Below, one piece after another: positions 9,515 through 19,522 of a DNA stretch of 64,000 nt (the stretch's first letter is position 1; every line of letters begins with the position of its first letter). The stretch is taken from assembly GCA_963704165.1 (NCBI GenBank), contig CAVPHD010000012.1, forward strand, positions 150,532-214,531, written 5' to 3'. The position numbers and the translations under genes were made by a program. The DNA is from an uncultured delta proteobacterium. GTDB taxonomy: Bacteria; Myxococcota_A; UBA9160; SZUA-336. The notes beneath the pieces are model-generated. The model ran no database searches. It was not told the origin of the DNA and was given only the letters and a program-made list of their open reading frames with translations.

Positions 9515-10001
9515 CGGATACCGGCACGAACTGGATCCAGACGAGAAGCGTCGCGAGACACACCGCCGTGATGAAGGCCGGCCAGACGTAGACGTGAACG
9601 AGATCGAAGAGCCGTTCCGAGCTCGCGTTCAGCCAGCAGAGCGTGAGCACGCGCAGGAAGTTCACGAAGAATACGATCGCAAAGCCCGCGACGATCCCCT
9701 GCAGGCGCGCGCGCCAGGGCGCGGGAAAGACCAGCATCGCGGAGGCGAGAAAGATGCCGACGTCGATTCCCGTGCACGAGTTCACGATCTCGACCGCGCT
9801 CCCACCCAGGAACACGCGCTGTCCGACCACGCGCACGTTGTCGTGCACGAGTTCGAGCACGAAGCCGGAGGCCGAGGCGATCGCGAGTCTCACCGGCTCG
9901 AGGAGCGTGCGGTCGACGACCTCGAACAGGAGCACGTTCGAGAGCACGGCGACCAGCGCGATGTAGACGGCGGAGCGGAGCCAGAGTCCGCCTCGTCCCA
10001 C
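9504..10001 (-). CDS. Exosortase/archaeosortase family protein (XrtH-like)
   Basis: Cys-Arg-His triad motifs EIVNSCTG, VNFLRV, FDLVHVYVW. Confidence 0.88.
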   Translation of the reverse strand: MGRGGLWLRSAVYIALVAVLSNVLLFEVVDRTLLEPVRLAIASASGFVLELVHDNVRVVGQRVFLGGSAVEIVNSCTGIDVGIFLASAMLVFPAPWRARLQGIVAGFAIVFFVNFLRVLTLCWLNASSERLFDLVHVYVWPAFITAVCLATLLVWIQFVPVSDEL

Positions 10002-10080
10002 GTCCCTGCCCTCCTCGCATCGACTTATACCACCGTCGCGCGCTCTGTACCCCGCGTCGGCGCGGGGCTAGCATCCGCGA

Positions 10081-11343
10081 GTGACCGGACAGGAACTGCC
10101 ACGGATCGTCGCTTCGGTGCCGGGACCACGCGCGCAGGCGTTGGCGCGAAGGCTCGCGCGGGTCGAGAACCCCGAGGTCACGTTTCTCGCCGATCCGGGG
10201 CCGATCTTCTGGAGTCGCGGCGCGGGCGTGAACGTCTTCGATGCCGACGGCAATCGCTACGTCGATCTGCTCGCCGGATTCGGCGCCGCGGTGCTCGGGT
10301 ACGCGCACCCGGAGCTCACGGCCGCGCTGGCGGCGCAGGCCGGCGAGCTCCAGCACGCGATGGGCGACGTGTACCCGGCCGTGCGCAAGGTCGAGCTGCT
10401 CGAGTCGCTCGTGCGCGTGCTGCCCGGCGGGCTCGGCGGGGTGATTCTCTCGGGATCGGGATCGGATGCGGTCGAATCCGCGCTGAAGACCGCGATGATC
10501 GCGACCGGCAGGCCCGGCGTCGTCGCGTTCGAAGGCGCATACCACGGACTCGGGCTCGGCGCGCTGGACGCGACGCACCGAGCGGACTTCCGAACGGAGT
10601 TTCGCGGGAGGCTGGCCGGTCGGACGAGCTTCGTTCCCTACGGCGACGCCGAGGCCGCGCGCCGCGCTGCGCGCGAGAGCGACGCGGGCGCGATCCTCTT
10701 CGAACCGATCCAGGGCCGCGGCGGGCTCCGCTTTCCGCCCTCGGGCTTCGTCGCCGCGCTGCGCGAGATCGCCGACGAGGTCGGCGCGCTCCTGATCGCG
10801 GACGAGGTCTACACCGGCATGGGTCGCACGGGCCGCTGGCTCGCTTGCGAACACGAAGGCGTCGTGCCCGACGTCGTCGCGCTCGGCAAGGCGCTCGGCG
10901 GGGGCCTTCCGCTCTCGGCCTGCGTCGGGCGACCCGAGGTGATGGGGCGCTGGCCCGCTTCGAGCGGCGAGGCCCTGCACACCAGCACTCACCTGGGAAA
11001 TCCACTCTCGTGCGCGGCCGGTCTCGTCGTGCTGCGCGTGCTCGAACGCGACTCACTCTTGAAACGCGCCGAAGAGCTCGGCGCCCACTGGCTCGCAGAG
11101 CTTCGCGCGCGGCTCGCGCCCAGCCCGCACGTGCGCGAGGTTCGCGGACGCGGACTTCTTCTCGCCGTGGAGCTCGACGACGCGGGCCGAGCGCGCAGCG
11201 TCGTGTCGGGGTTGCTCCGGTCCGGATGGATCACGCTCGGAGAGGGCGCGGACGGGCGCACGCTCGCGCTGACGCCGCCCCTCACGATCGCGGAGCCGCT
11301 GCTCGAAGCGGCGACGGAAGCCCTGGCGGAGCAGCTCTCGTGA
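10081..11343 (+). CDS. Class III PLP-dependent aminotransferase
   Basis: DADGNRYVD, SGSDAVE, FEPIQGRGG, LIADEVYTGMGRTG, LGKALGGG. Confidence 0.95.
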   Translation: MTGQELPRIVASVPGPRAQALARRLARVENPEVTFLADPGPIFWSRGAGVNVFDADGNRYVDLLAGFGAAVLGYAHPELTAALAAQAGELQHAMGDVYPAVRKVELLESLVRVLPGGLGGVILSGSGSDAVESALKTAMIATGRPGVVAFEGAYHGLGLGALDATHRADFRTEFRGRLAGRTSFVPYGDAEAARRAARESDAGAILFEPIQGRGGLRFPPSGFVAALREIADEVGALLIADEVYTGMGRTGRWLACEHEGVVPDVVALGKALGGGLPLSACVGRPEVMGRWPASSGEALHTSTHLGNPLSCAAGLVVLRVLERDSLLKRAEELGAHWLAELRARLAPSPHVREVRGRGLLLAVELDDAGRARSVVSGLLRSGWITLGEGADGRTLALTPPLTIAEPLLEAATEALAEQLS

Positions 11344-12428
11344 CACGTGCGGGAGTCGAGCGCGACGTTCTCGCTTGGATCGCGGAAGGTGTCGACGCAC
11401 CCGTCGACGATGCGCGCTTCGAAGCGCTCGCGCTTCGGCTTTTTCGCTTGCAGTTCGAGCAGGGCGCGGCCTACCGTCGGCTCTGTGCGGCATTCGGGAG
11501 CGAGACCGGAGTCGTGGACTCGTGGAAGCGGATTCCCGCCGTGCCCACGGGCGCGTTCAAAGAGGCGCGGCTCGCGGCCTTTCCGGCCGACGCGACCGTG
11601 CGGGTGTTTCGCACGAGCGGCAGCACGACCGAGACGCGTGGCGCCCTTCACCTCGACACGCTCGCGCTCTACGACGCGTCGTTGCTCACGACGTTTCGCG
11701 CGTACATCTGCCCCGACGTCGAGCGGATCCGTTTCGTCGTGCTCGCGCCCGCGGCGGACGCGGTTCCCGACTCCTCCCTCTCCTACATGTTCGCGCGCGC
11801 CGCGCGCGAGTTCGGCACGACGGACAGCCGGTTCTGGATGGGCGCGGACGGGCTCGATCTCGAATCGCTGGCCGCCGAGCTCGCCGGGTCCAGCGACCCG
11901 ATCCTGCTCGCGGGCACGGCCTTCGCCTTCGTCCACCTGCTCGACTTCCTCGAGCTGCGCGGTGCCAGTCTCCGCTTGCCGGCCGGTACCCGCGTGATGG
12001 AGACGGGGGGCTTCAAGGGTCGATCGCGCGAGCTGACACGGGACGAGCTTCACGGTGCGATCACCTCGCGACTCGGCGTGCCGCGCGCGCGAATCGTCAA
12101 CCAGTACGGAATGTGCGAGCTCGCGAGCCAGTTCTACGAGGCGAGCCTGCGCGCCGGTGCGGCCACCGACGTGAAGTCCGTTCCGCCGTGGGTGCGCACG
12201 CGCGCCGTCGATCCAGCGACGCTGCTCGATGTTCCGGACGGAAAGCCCGGCGTGCTCGTCCACTACGATCTCGCGAACACCGGCTCGGTGCTCGCGGTCA
12301 TGACGTCGGATCTCGGGACGATCGTCGAGGGTGGCTTCCGGGTGCACGGCCGGCTTCGCGGCGCCGAAGCACGCGGCTGCTCGCTTGCGGCGGATGCGCT
12401 GCTCTCGAATTCGGGAGCGTCGCGATGA
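11340..12428 (+). CDS. LuxE-like acyl-protein synthetase
   Basis: FRTSGST, METGGFKGR, NQYGMCEL, C-terminal EARGCSL; GTG start overlaps the upstream TGA. Confidence 0.85.
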   Translation: MTRAGVERDVLAWIAEGVDAPVDDARFEALALRLFRLQFEQGAAYRRLCAAFGSETGVVDSWKRIPAVPTGAFKEARLAAFPADATVRVFRTSGSTTETRGALHLDTLALYDASLLTTFRAYICPDVERIRFVVLAPAADAVPDSSLSYMFARAAREFGTTDSRFWMGADGLDLESLAAELAGSSDPILLAGTAFAFVHLLDFLELRGASLRLPAGTRVMETGGFKGRSRELTRDELHGAITSRLGVPRARIVNQYGMCELASQFYEASLRAGAATDVKSVPPWVRTRAVDPATLLDVPDGKPGVLVHYDLANTGSVLAVMTSDLGTIVEGGFRVHGRLRGAEARGCSLAADALLSNSGASR

Positions 12429-13591
12429 GGGATCTCGCCGAGCTCGCCGACGCGCGCGCCGCACTCGATCCCGAGCGCACGATCGCGGCGCTGGCCGGCG
12501 CGTTCGAGCTCTGGCGCGCTCCGGAGTCGAAGTACCGCGCGCAGCTCTCACGCGAGCACCCGATCTTCTCGCCAGGGATGGTCGACTTCGGCATCCGGAC
12601 CGCGCTCGCGGGCTGGACGGCGGACGCGCTGCGAGGACTTCGTTCGCGCGAGCTACCTGCGGTCTTCTCCGCTCCGCGCGTCACCGCGGTGTGGCTCGCC
12701 GGCTCGATCCCGCCCGCGGCGTTCTCGGCGATCGCCCTGCCCCTGCTCGCGGGCTCCGCGGTCTACGCGAAGCCTTCTGCGGCCGACCCCGTCTCGGCGC
12801 GCCTGTTCGCGGAGTCGCTGCGCGAGATCGACCCGGGAATCGCCGCGTGCCTGCGCATCGGCACGGACTCGAAGGCCCTCGACGAAGCGGACGCCGTGAT
12901 GGCGCACGGAAGCGACGAGACGATCGCGGCGATTCGCGCGCGGGTTCCACTCGCGCGCCCGTTCTTCGGCTATGGCCACAAGCTCTCGCTCGCCTTCGTC
13001 GGTCCCGGCGTCGATCCCACGATCGCCGCACGTAGCCTCGCCCTCGACGTAGCGCTCTGGGATGGACGCGGCTGTCTCTCGCCGGCGTGGGCGCTCGTCA
13101 GCGATTCACCGCGCGGGCGCGCGGCCGAGCTGGCGCACGCGCTCGCGGCCGCGCTCGAAGAGCTCGACGAGTCGCTGCCGCGCGGAACCCTCGAGGCCGC
13201 GGAATTCGCGGAGCTTCTCGACCTTCGCGCTCGGGCCGCGGTGCGCGAAGGCACCCGTCTCGAGCTCGCCGCCGGAGCGTCGAGCTGGACCGTCGTGCTC
13301 GAGAGCTTCGAGGTCCGGCCGCCGGCCGGGATGCTCCGCTTCCTGTCGGTGATTCCGATCGACGGACGCGAAGGTCCGGCGCGGTTCGTCGCGTCTCTCG
13401 CACCCCATCTGTCCTGCGTCGGGCACGCCGGCTGCGGAGAGGACATCGCTCAGATCTACGCGGCCGCCGCCGATGCAGGCGCGTCTCGGCTCTGCCCGCT
13501 CGGCCGGATGCAGCTTCCGCCGCTCGACTGGAGCCACGATGGCCAGTCTCCGCTGCGGCCGCTGGTCCACGCTCTCGACATCGAGAGCTGA
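12425..13591 (+). CDS. LuxC-like acyl-CoA/acyl-protein reductase
   Basis: LAGSIP, YAKPS, GYGHKLS, DVALWDGRGCLSP (catalytic Cys), RLCPLGRMQ.P..W.HDG; ATGA overlap. Confidence 0.85.
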   Translation: MRDLAELADARAALDPERTIAALAGAFELWRAPESKYRAQLSREHPIFSPGMVDFGIRTALAGWTADALRGLRSRELPAVFSAPRVTAVWLAGSIPPAAFSAIALPLLAGSAVYAKPSAADPVSARLFAESLREIDPGIAACLRIGTDSKALDEADAVMAHGSDETIAAIRARVPLARPFFGYGHKLSLAFVGPGVDPTIAARSLALDVALWDGRGCLSPAWALVSDSPRGRAAELAHALAAALEELDESLPRGTLEAAEFAELLDLRARAAVREGTRLELAAGASSWTVVLESFEVRPPAGMLRFLSVIPIDGREGPARFVASLAPHLSCVGHAGCGEDIAQIYAAAADAGASRLCPLGRMQLPPLDWSHDGQSPLRPLVHALDIES

Positions 13592-13599
13592 ACCGCGCT

Positions 13600-15168
13600 T
13601 CAGCCTTCAAAGGGGAAGATGCTGGCGAACGAGACGCCGGTGAAGGCGGCCTGGAAGAGCGCGACCAGCCACGGGTTCGGCATCACCCGCGCGAGCCGCA
13701 GCGCGACGAACTCGAAGAAGACGAAGAAGAGCGCGATCGGCACGATGCCGAGCAGGATCACGAACGGAAGGAGACCCGAGAGCGCGCCGGCAGCGACAGC
13801 GACAAGTGTAAGACCCTTGCCGACCGCCGGGAGCCAGAGCCCCGTGCGACCGGAGCCGCGCAAGAGCCACTCGGACGCGCCGAAGAACGGCAGCAGGAGC
13901 AGGGTCGCCGCGGCGCTCCAGACCAGACGATGCGGAGCCGGGAAGATGTTCCAGAACGGCGCGTTCAAGGTGCCGATCACGAGGTAGACGAGGCCGAAGA
14001 AGAGGCCGGCCGCGAGCCAGGTGCGCAGGTCGCCGAGACCGTCCATGCGAACCGCGCCGCGCGAGGCGCCGAACGCGAGAAGCAGTGCGCCGGCGAGCCC
14101 GAAGAAACCGAACAGGTCGCGCCCCGCTGCGAGCGGGATGAAGCCGAAGGGCCCGCGGGACGAGCTCGAATCGAAACCGGACAAGAGCACGACCGCGCTC
14201 GCGAGCGCGAAGACGACGAGCGCGAGATTCGCAACCGGCCGCGCGAGACGCGGGAGCCCGACTCGGGGCGAGATCGACACCAATGCGTGCGGCGCGCCGA
14301 AGATCAGCACCAGCGCCGCGAGCAACCCGAGCCCGGAAAAGCGGAAGCGCGGATCGCCGCCCGGCGTCTCCGGCCGGCCGTGCCCCGGCCCGAGCGTGAG
14401 CGCGAGCCAATCGACGATGCGTCGCGCGGCCTCGGCCGAATAGAGGATCGTGATGTGATCGGTGCCCGCGACCTCGCTCATGCGCACGCCCGAGCCGTGC
14501 TCGATCTCGCCGTACGTCCGATCTTCGACCAGTTGCTCCTTGCCCGCGAGCTTCGCGGCGAGATCTCGACCGCGCTTCCGAGTTCGATCGGGGTCGCCCG
14601 AAGCCCAGATGAAGAACGTGTTCGGCGACGCGAACGGCCCGCTGGCGTCGCGACCACCCGAGATCGGCACGACGGCCGCGATACCGGGATCTCGCTGCGC
14701 GTGCGCGAGCACCGCAAAGGCACCCATCGAGTGACCGGCGAGCGCGATGCGCTGACCGTCGAAACGCGGCTGCGTGCGCGCGTAGAGCAGCGCGGCGTCG
14801 ATATCCTGGCGCAGACCGAGACCGTCCGCGGTCGGCCCGAGCGGATTTCGATTTCCACCGTGACCGCGGAAGTCGATCGCGATCACCGCGTACCCCGCCT
14901 TGGCGATCCGCCGCGCGAGTGCGCTCGTCATCGCGGTGTTGCCGGCGAAGCCGTGACAGAGAACGACAACGGGGGCCGGCGGGTCGAAGCTCGGCGATTG
15001 CCCGAACGGGAGCGGCTTCGACGGCTCCCAGACCACGGCGGGTACGCCACCGGGCAACTCCAGCGAGCTCCGCGCGATGTCGTTCGAGGCGAATCGCAGA
15101 CCGATCAGTGACACCGCGAGAAGGACACCCGCGAGTGTGTAGACGCTCTTCGCGATCACGCGGCCCAT
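13600..15168 (-). CDS. Alpha/beta hydrolase with C-terminal multi-TM domain
   Basis: HGFAG, DFRGHG, GHSMG nucleophile elbow, DH catalytic His; many C-terminal TM helices. Confidence 0.85.
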   Translation of the reverse strand: MGRVIAKSVYTLAGVLLAVSLIGLRFASNDIARSSLELPGGVPAVVWEPSKPLPFGQSPSFDPPAPVVVLCHGFAGNTAMTSALARRIAKAGYAVIAIDFRGHGGNRNPLGPTADGLGLRQDIDAALLYARTQPRFDGQRIALAGHSMGAFAVLAHAQRDPGIAAVVPISGGRDASGPFASPNTFFIWASGDPDRTRKRGRDLAAKLAGKEQLVEDRTYGEIEHGSGVRMSEVAGTDHITILYSAEAARRIVDWLALTLGPGHGRPETPGGDPRFRFSGLGLLAALVLIFGAPHALVSISPRVGLPRLARPVANLALVVFALASAVVLLSGFDSSSSRGPFGFIPLAAGRDLFGFFGLAGALLLAFGASRGAVRMDGLGDLRTWLAAGLFFGLVYLVIGTLNAPFWNIFPAPHRLVWSAAATLLLLPFFGASEWLLRGSGRTGLWLPAVGKGLTLVAVAAGALSGLLPFVILLGIVPIALFFVFFEFVALRLARVMPNPWLVALFQAAFTGVSFASIFPFEG

Positions 15169-15182
15169 GCTAGCATGCGCTC

Positions 15183-16256
15183 ATGCGAGTGGCCGAGATC
15201 GACACACCAGCACTCGTCGTCGACCTCGACCGGATGGAGCGGAACATCTCGGCGATGGCTCGTTTCTTCGCGTCGAAGCGCGCGAAGCTCCGGCCACACT
15301 TCAAGACACCGAAGTGCGCCGAGGTCGTGAGACGCCAGCTCGATGCGGGTGCGATCGGCGTGACGTGCGCGAAGCTCGGCGAGGCCGAGGCTCTCGCCGC
15401 CGCCGGAGTTCGCACGTCGGTGTTGATCGCGAACCAGCTGATCGGCGGGGCGAAGCTCGCACGGCTCGTCGCACTCGCACCCGCGCTGCCCGAGCTGATC
15501 GTGGCCGTGGACAGCGAGGCGCAGATCGACGCGCTCGACTCCGCGATCGCGGACTCGAAGGCGCGGATCGGCGTGCTGATCGAGGCCGACATCGGCATGC
15601 ACCGCTGCGGCACGGACACGCCGGAAGAGAGCGTCTCGCTGGCGCGGCGAATCGAGAAGAGCCGCGCGACGTACCGCGGGATCATGGGCTACGAGGGTCA
15701 CGCGGTGCTCGTGCCCGACGCTGGCAAACGCAAGGAGCTGGCCGAGATCTCGATCGCGACGCTTCGGGCGCACGCCGACGCGCTGCGTGCCGCTGGACTC
15801 GCGCCCGAGATCGTGTCCGCGGGCGGAACCGGCACCTTCGAGCTCACCGGCAGCGCGGACTTCGTGACCGAGATCCAGGCGGGCAGCTACGTGTTCATGG
15901 ACGGTCGGTATCGGGACGTGCGCACCGACTTCGAAACCGCTCTCACCCTACACACGACGGTGATCCGCCGTCGTGGCCGGCTTCTGATCACCGACGCGGG
16001 GGTGAAGTCCCTCTCGACCGACTTCGGCCTGCCGCGCGGCGCGGACCTGCCACTGGGCGTCGTCGGTCTGTCCGAAGAGCACGGTCACCTGCTGATCGAC
16101 GAAGGAGCCGATCTCGCGCTGGCACCGGGCGACCGGATCCGGCTCCTGCCGAGCCACGGCGACACGACCATCAACCTGCACGACCGGTACTACGCGGCCC
16201 GCGGAGACGACGTCGAAGCGGTCTGGTCGATCGTGGGCCGCGGGCGATTCGTCTAG
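15183..16256 (+). CDS. DSD1/D-threonine aldolase-like PLP enzyme (fold type III)
   Basis: TPALVVD, RPHFKT, GIMGYEGH, SAGGTGT, TEIQAGSY, LSEEHG. Confidence 0.9.
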   Translation: MRVAEIDTPALVVDLDRMERNISAMARFFASKRAKLRPHFKTPKCAEVVRRQLDAGAIGVTCAKLGEAEALAAAGVRTSVLIANQLIGGAKLARLVALAPALPELIVAVDSEAQIDALDSAIADSKARIGVLIEADIGMHRCGTDTPEESVSLARRIEKSRATYRGIMGYEGHAVLVPDAGKRKELAEISIATLRAHADALRAAGLAPEIVSAGGTGTFELTGSADFVTEIQAGSYVFMDGRYRDVRTDFETALTLHTTVIRRRGRLLITDAGVKSLSTDFGLPRGADLPLGVVGLSEEHGHLLIDEGADLALAPGDRIRLLPSHGDTTINLHDRYYAARGDDVEAVWSIVGRGRFV

Positions 16257-16257
16257 G

Positions 16258-17174
16258 ATGGCGTCGAGAATCGCCGTCACGGGTGCGAACAGCGCGCTCG
16301 GACGCGTGTTGATCGAGCGCGCGCTCGGACGCGCGGACGTCGAAGTCGCCGCGCTGGTGCGCTCCGCGAGCGCCGAGGCGGAGCTGCGGCGCTTCCGCCG
16401 GATCGGGTGAAGACCGTGCGGGTGGACTTCGGTGACGCGGCCGGGCTTCGCGAAGCCTGCGCGGGGGCGACGTGCCTGGTGCACCTCGCCGGGATCCTGA
16501 TCGAGTCGCGCACGACGCGCTACCGCGAGGCGAACGTCGAGACCACGCGCGCCGCGATCGGCGCCGCGCGCGCCTCGGGCGTCTCGAAGTTCGTCTTCGT
16601 CTCGGCGATCGGCGCCGATCCACGGTCGAGCAATCCGTACTGGCGAAGCAAGGGCGATGCCGAGACGCTCGTGCGCGCGTCGGGACTGTCCTACACGATT
16701 CTGCGTTGTCCTCTCCTGCTCGCCTGTGATGGCGCCGGCGTGCACGCGCTCGCGCGCGAGGTCGCCGCGCGGGTCGTTCCGCTACCGGGAGGTGGCGCGA
16801 ACCTCGAACAGCCGCTCGACGCGCGCGACCTCGCCGACGGAACGCTGAATGCCGCGCTCTCGCCCACGTGCGCCCACGACGCCGTTCTCGACGTCGTCGG
16901 GCCGGAATCCCTGTCGATGCGCGAGCTCGTGCTTCGAGGCGCGCGACTCCGGAAGAAGTCCCCGGTCATCGTCCCGGTTCCGGCGCGGCTCCTGCGCGTG
17001 GTCCTCGTGCTGCGCTCGCGGCTCCTCGGACCGGGATTCTCGCCGGAGGTGATCGACGTCATGCTCGCCGACACTCGACTCGACCCGGCGCCCGCCGCGA
17101 AGGCGCTCGGGATCTCGCTTCGATCGCTCGACGAGACGCTCGAACACAGCCTCGCGCTCGCGGACGCCGCGTGA
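16258..17174 (+). pseudogene. NAD-dependent epimerase/NDUFA9-like protein with a 1-nt frameshift near 16387 (pseudogene or assembly error)
   Basis: N-terminal Rossmann part (RIAVTGANSALG..VAALVRS) stops at 16410; the remainder (VHLAG, FVSAIGAD, YWRSK) continues in another frame. Confidence 0.8.
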
Positions 17175-18157
17175 GCGACGTTGCCGCCGCGAAGCGTTCA
17201 CCGCTCTGGCAGCGAACGCTTCCCTGGCTGATCACCCTGATCTGCTTCGGCTTCCTCTGGACCCGAGTCGAGGGCGCGGCGGCGCGGGCTGGCCTCGACG
17301 TCGCCTCGTACATGGCGCGCATCCTGGCGTCGGTGCGCTGGGGGCCGTGGCTCGCGCTGATGGTGCCGTACTCGCTGCTCTTCCTGTGCATCGACACGCT
17401 GGTGATCTGGCGTGTGATCCACTGGTTCAACGCGCCGGTGCGCATGCGCGACGTGCTTCCGATCCGGGCGTCGAGCTACATCCTGTCGATCGTCAACGAA
17501 CAGGTCGGCAAGGGCGCGATCGCGGTCTACATGAATCGGCGTCATGGCATCCCGGGCTTCGAAGTCGGCTCGAGCATGCTCTTCATCATGTTCTGCGAGT
17601 TCTACTACCTGCTCGGCTGGGCGCTCTTCGGATACGCGCTGTCCCACGACTCGCTGCCGCCGATCTTCCGCGTGATCCCGCTGGTCGCGGTCGTCGCACT
17701 GGCTTTCTTCGCGCTCTGGTGCGCGTTCTTCCGCGGGCGTCTGGGCGCGGGCTCGACGCTCCGCGATCGCTCGATCCTGCGCGCGTTCCGGCTCGCGCGG
17801 CCGGCGCAGTACCTCGGCGTCATGCTCCTGCGTTCACCCGCGATGATCGCAGCCGTGGTCGTCTACACCGTCGCCGCGGGGCTCTTCGGCATCTCGGTCG
17901 AGCTGCGCACGATGCTGGGCTACCTGCCCGTGATCTTCTTCGGCGCGGCGATGCCGGGCCCCATGCGCACGGTCGCGATCACGCTCTGGGTCGTGCTCTT
18001 TCCTGGCTACGAGGGCGAGGTGACGACCTTCGCGTTCCTGCAACACAACTTCTTCGTGTTCTTCAACGCGACGATCGGTCTGGTCTTCCTGCGCCGTGCC
18101 TACGCCGAGCTCTTCCTGGGATCGGACGCGACGCTCATGCACCCGCCATCATCATGA
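17171..18157 (+). CDS. Integral membrane protein (lysylphosphatidylglycerol-synthase TM/flippase-like)
   Basis: About eight TM segments; GTGA overlap with the upstream gene. Confidence 0.6.
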   Translation: MSDVAAAKRSPLWQRTLPWLITLICFGFLWTRVEGAAARAGLDVASYMARILASVRWGPWLALMVPYSLLFLCIDTLVIWRVIHWFNAPVRMRDVLPIRASSYILSIVNEQVGKGAIAVYMNRRHGIPGFEVGSSMLFIMFCEFYYLLGWALFGYALSHDSLPPIFRVIPLVAVVALAFFALWCAFFRGRLGAGSTLRDRSILRAFRLARPAQYLGVMLLRSPAMIAAVVVYTVAAGLFGISVELRTMLGYLPVIFFGAAMPGPMRTVAITLWVVLFPGYEGEVTTFAFLQHNFFVFFNATIGLVFLRRAYAELFLGSDATLMHPPSS

Positions 18158-18563
18158 TGCCCTCGAGGAACTCGGAGAAGCTCTTCGTGATCGGCGTGAT
18201 CGACGTCGCGCCGAGGTTCTTCGTCGAGACGGAGCAGACCGCCGCGCCGTCTTCCTTGCGAAGGTCGAAGAGAAAGAGCTCGTCGGCACCGTCGCTGCCG
18301 AAGGCGTAGAAGCCGGGCAGGCGGGTCTCGACGCCGTACTCGCGATTCCGCTCGAGCGCGCGCTCGAGCGGCCAGAGCTCGAGGTAGCCGGTCTCGTAGG
18401 GGATGTCCCCCTTGGCGCCGTTGCAGGACTTGATGAAGCGCAGGTAGGTGCGAGGGAGATTTCGGGGGGCGGCTTCCTGAAACTGCTTCACCTGCCCCGG
18501 TTCGGCCGCACCCCCTTGCTCGAGCCGGAACCGCGGATTGCGAAGCAGCTTCTGCACGTCCAT
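18135..18563 (-). CDS. SMI1/KNR4-family protein
   Basis: LPRTYLRFIKSCNG, FGSDGADELFLFD, SFSEFL; RBS GAGGAG. Confidence 0.85.
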   Translation of the reverse strand: MDVQKLLRNPRFRLEQGGAAEPGQVKQFQEAAPRNLPRTYLRFIKSCNGAKGDIPYETGYLELWPLERALERNREYGVETRLPGFYAFGSDGADELFLFDLRKEDGAAVCSVSTKNLGATSITPITKSFSEFLEGIMMMAGA

Positions 18564-18710
18564 CCGATTCTCCTCCTCGTGTTCAGGAGCCGGGCCTGCG
18601 CGCGCCTGCACGCGCCGCCGAGCCGATTATACATGCCTTCAGGCCCGGAACATGAAGTAGACGGCGCCGACCGTGCGCGATCACGACGCAGGCGATGCCA
18701 AACCCGCGCG

Positions 18711-18992
18711 TCAGTCACCCCCGGCCGAGACGATCGTCCAGATCCCGATCGCGATGAAGCCCGCGCCGGCGACGTACGAGAGGAGCTTCGGGCTCACGTA
18801 CTGCGCGACGAACGTTCCCGCGAGCACGCCGATCGCAGAGGTCAGCACGAGCGCAGAGGCCGCGGCCGCGAAGACGAGGAGCCGTGGGTTACGCGCCTCG
18901 GCCGCGTAGAGCAGGGTGGCGAGCTGGGTCTTGTCACCGAGCTCGGCGATGAAGACGGTGGCGAAGACGGTCGCGAAGAGCTTCAGGTTCAC
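18711..18992 (-). CDS. TMEM165/GDT1-family (UPF0016) single-repeat protein
   Basis: FIAELGDKTQLAT signature. Confidence 0.92.
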   Translation of the reverse strand: MNLKLFATVFATVFIAELGDKTQLATLLYAAEARNPRLLVFAAAASALVLTSAIGVLAGTFVAQYVSPKLLSYVAGAGFIAIGIWTIVSAGGD

Positions 18993-19522
18993 TTTGTCTC
19001 CGGGCGGGTGGAGCGGCTCGATGCGAGCCCGCGGTCCGCGATCGACACGAGCGTCGAGACGACGAGGAGCCACGCGACGATCCGCGTCGGCGCGTCGAGG
19101 AAGTCGAGACCGAGCTTCACGAGAATCACACCACCGAGCGGAACGAAGTAGAAGATCCCGTTCCAGCGTCCGAGCGCGCTCATGCGCAGCTCGCGGGCGC
19201 GGTGAAGCCAGTACGAGTCCACGACGTACTGGACGAACGCGAACGTCACGAGAGCCGGTAGAAGCCAGGGAAGCGCGCCGATCGTCGCCGCAGCCCCGAG
19301 TCCCGCGGTCACGAACAGGAAGTCCGCGCCGTGGTCGAGCACCCGCCCGAGCGCGCTCTCGGTGCCGCGTGCGCGCGCGAGCCGCCCGTCGGCGATGTCG
19401 GTCGCGATGGCGACGCAGAACAGCATCGCGGCAATGAGTGCTGGAAAGAGACCGACCGTCGCGATCGTCGCAGCGAGCGGCAGAGCGAGCAGAAGCCGGA
19501 CCAGCGAGAGCAGATTGGCCAT
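18989..19522 (-). CDS. CDP-alcohol phosphatidyltransferase family protein
   Basis: ANLLSLVR, TDIADGRLAR..GRVLDHGAD motif. Confidence 0.92.
   Translation of the reverse strand: MANLLSLVRLLLALPLAATIATVGLFPALIAAMLFCVAIATDIADGRLARARGTESALGRVLDHGADFLFVTAGLGAAATIGALPWLLPALVTFAFVQYVVDSYWLHRARELRMSALGRWNGIFYFVPLGGVILVKLGLDFLDAPTRIVAWLLVVSTLVSIADRGLASSRSTRPETK

Noticed and set aside
10081..13591. Bioluminescence (lux) operon
   Set aside because: No luxA, luxB, luxD or luxG in the window
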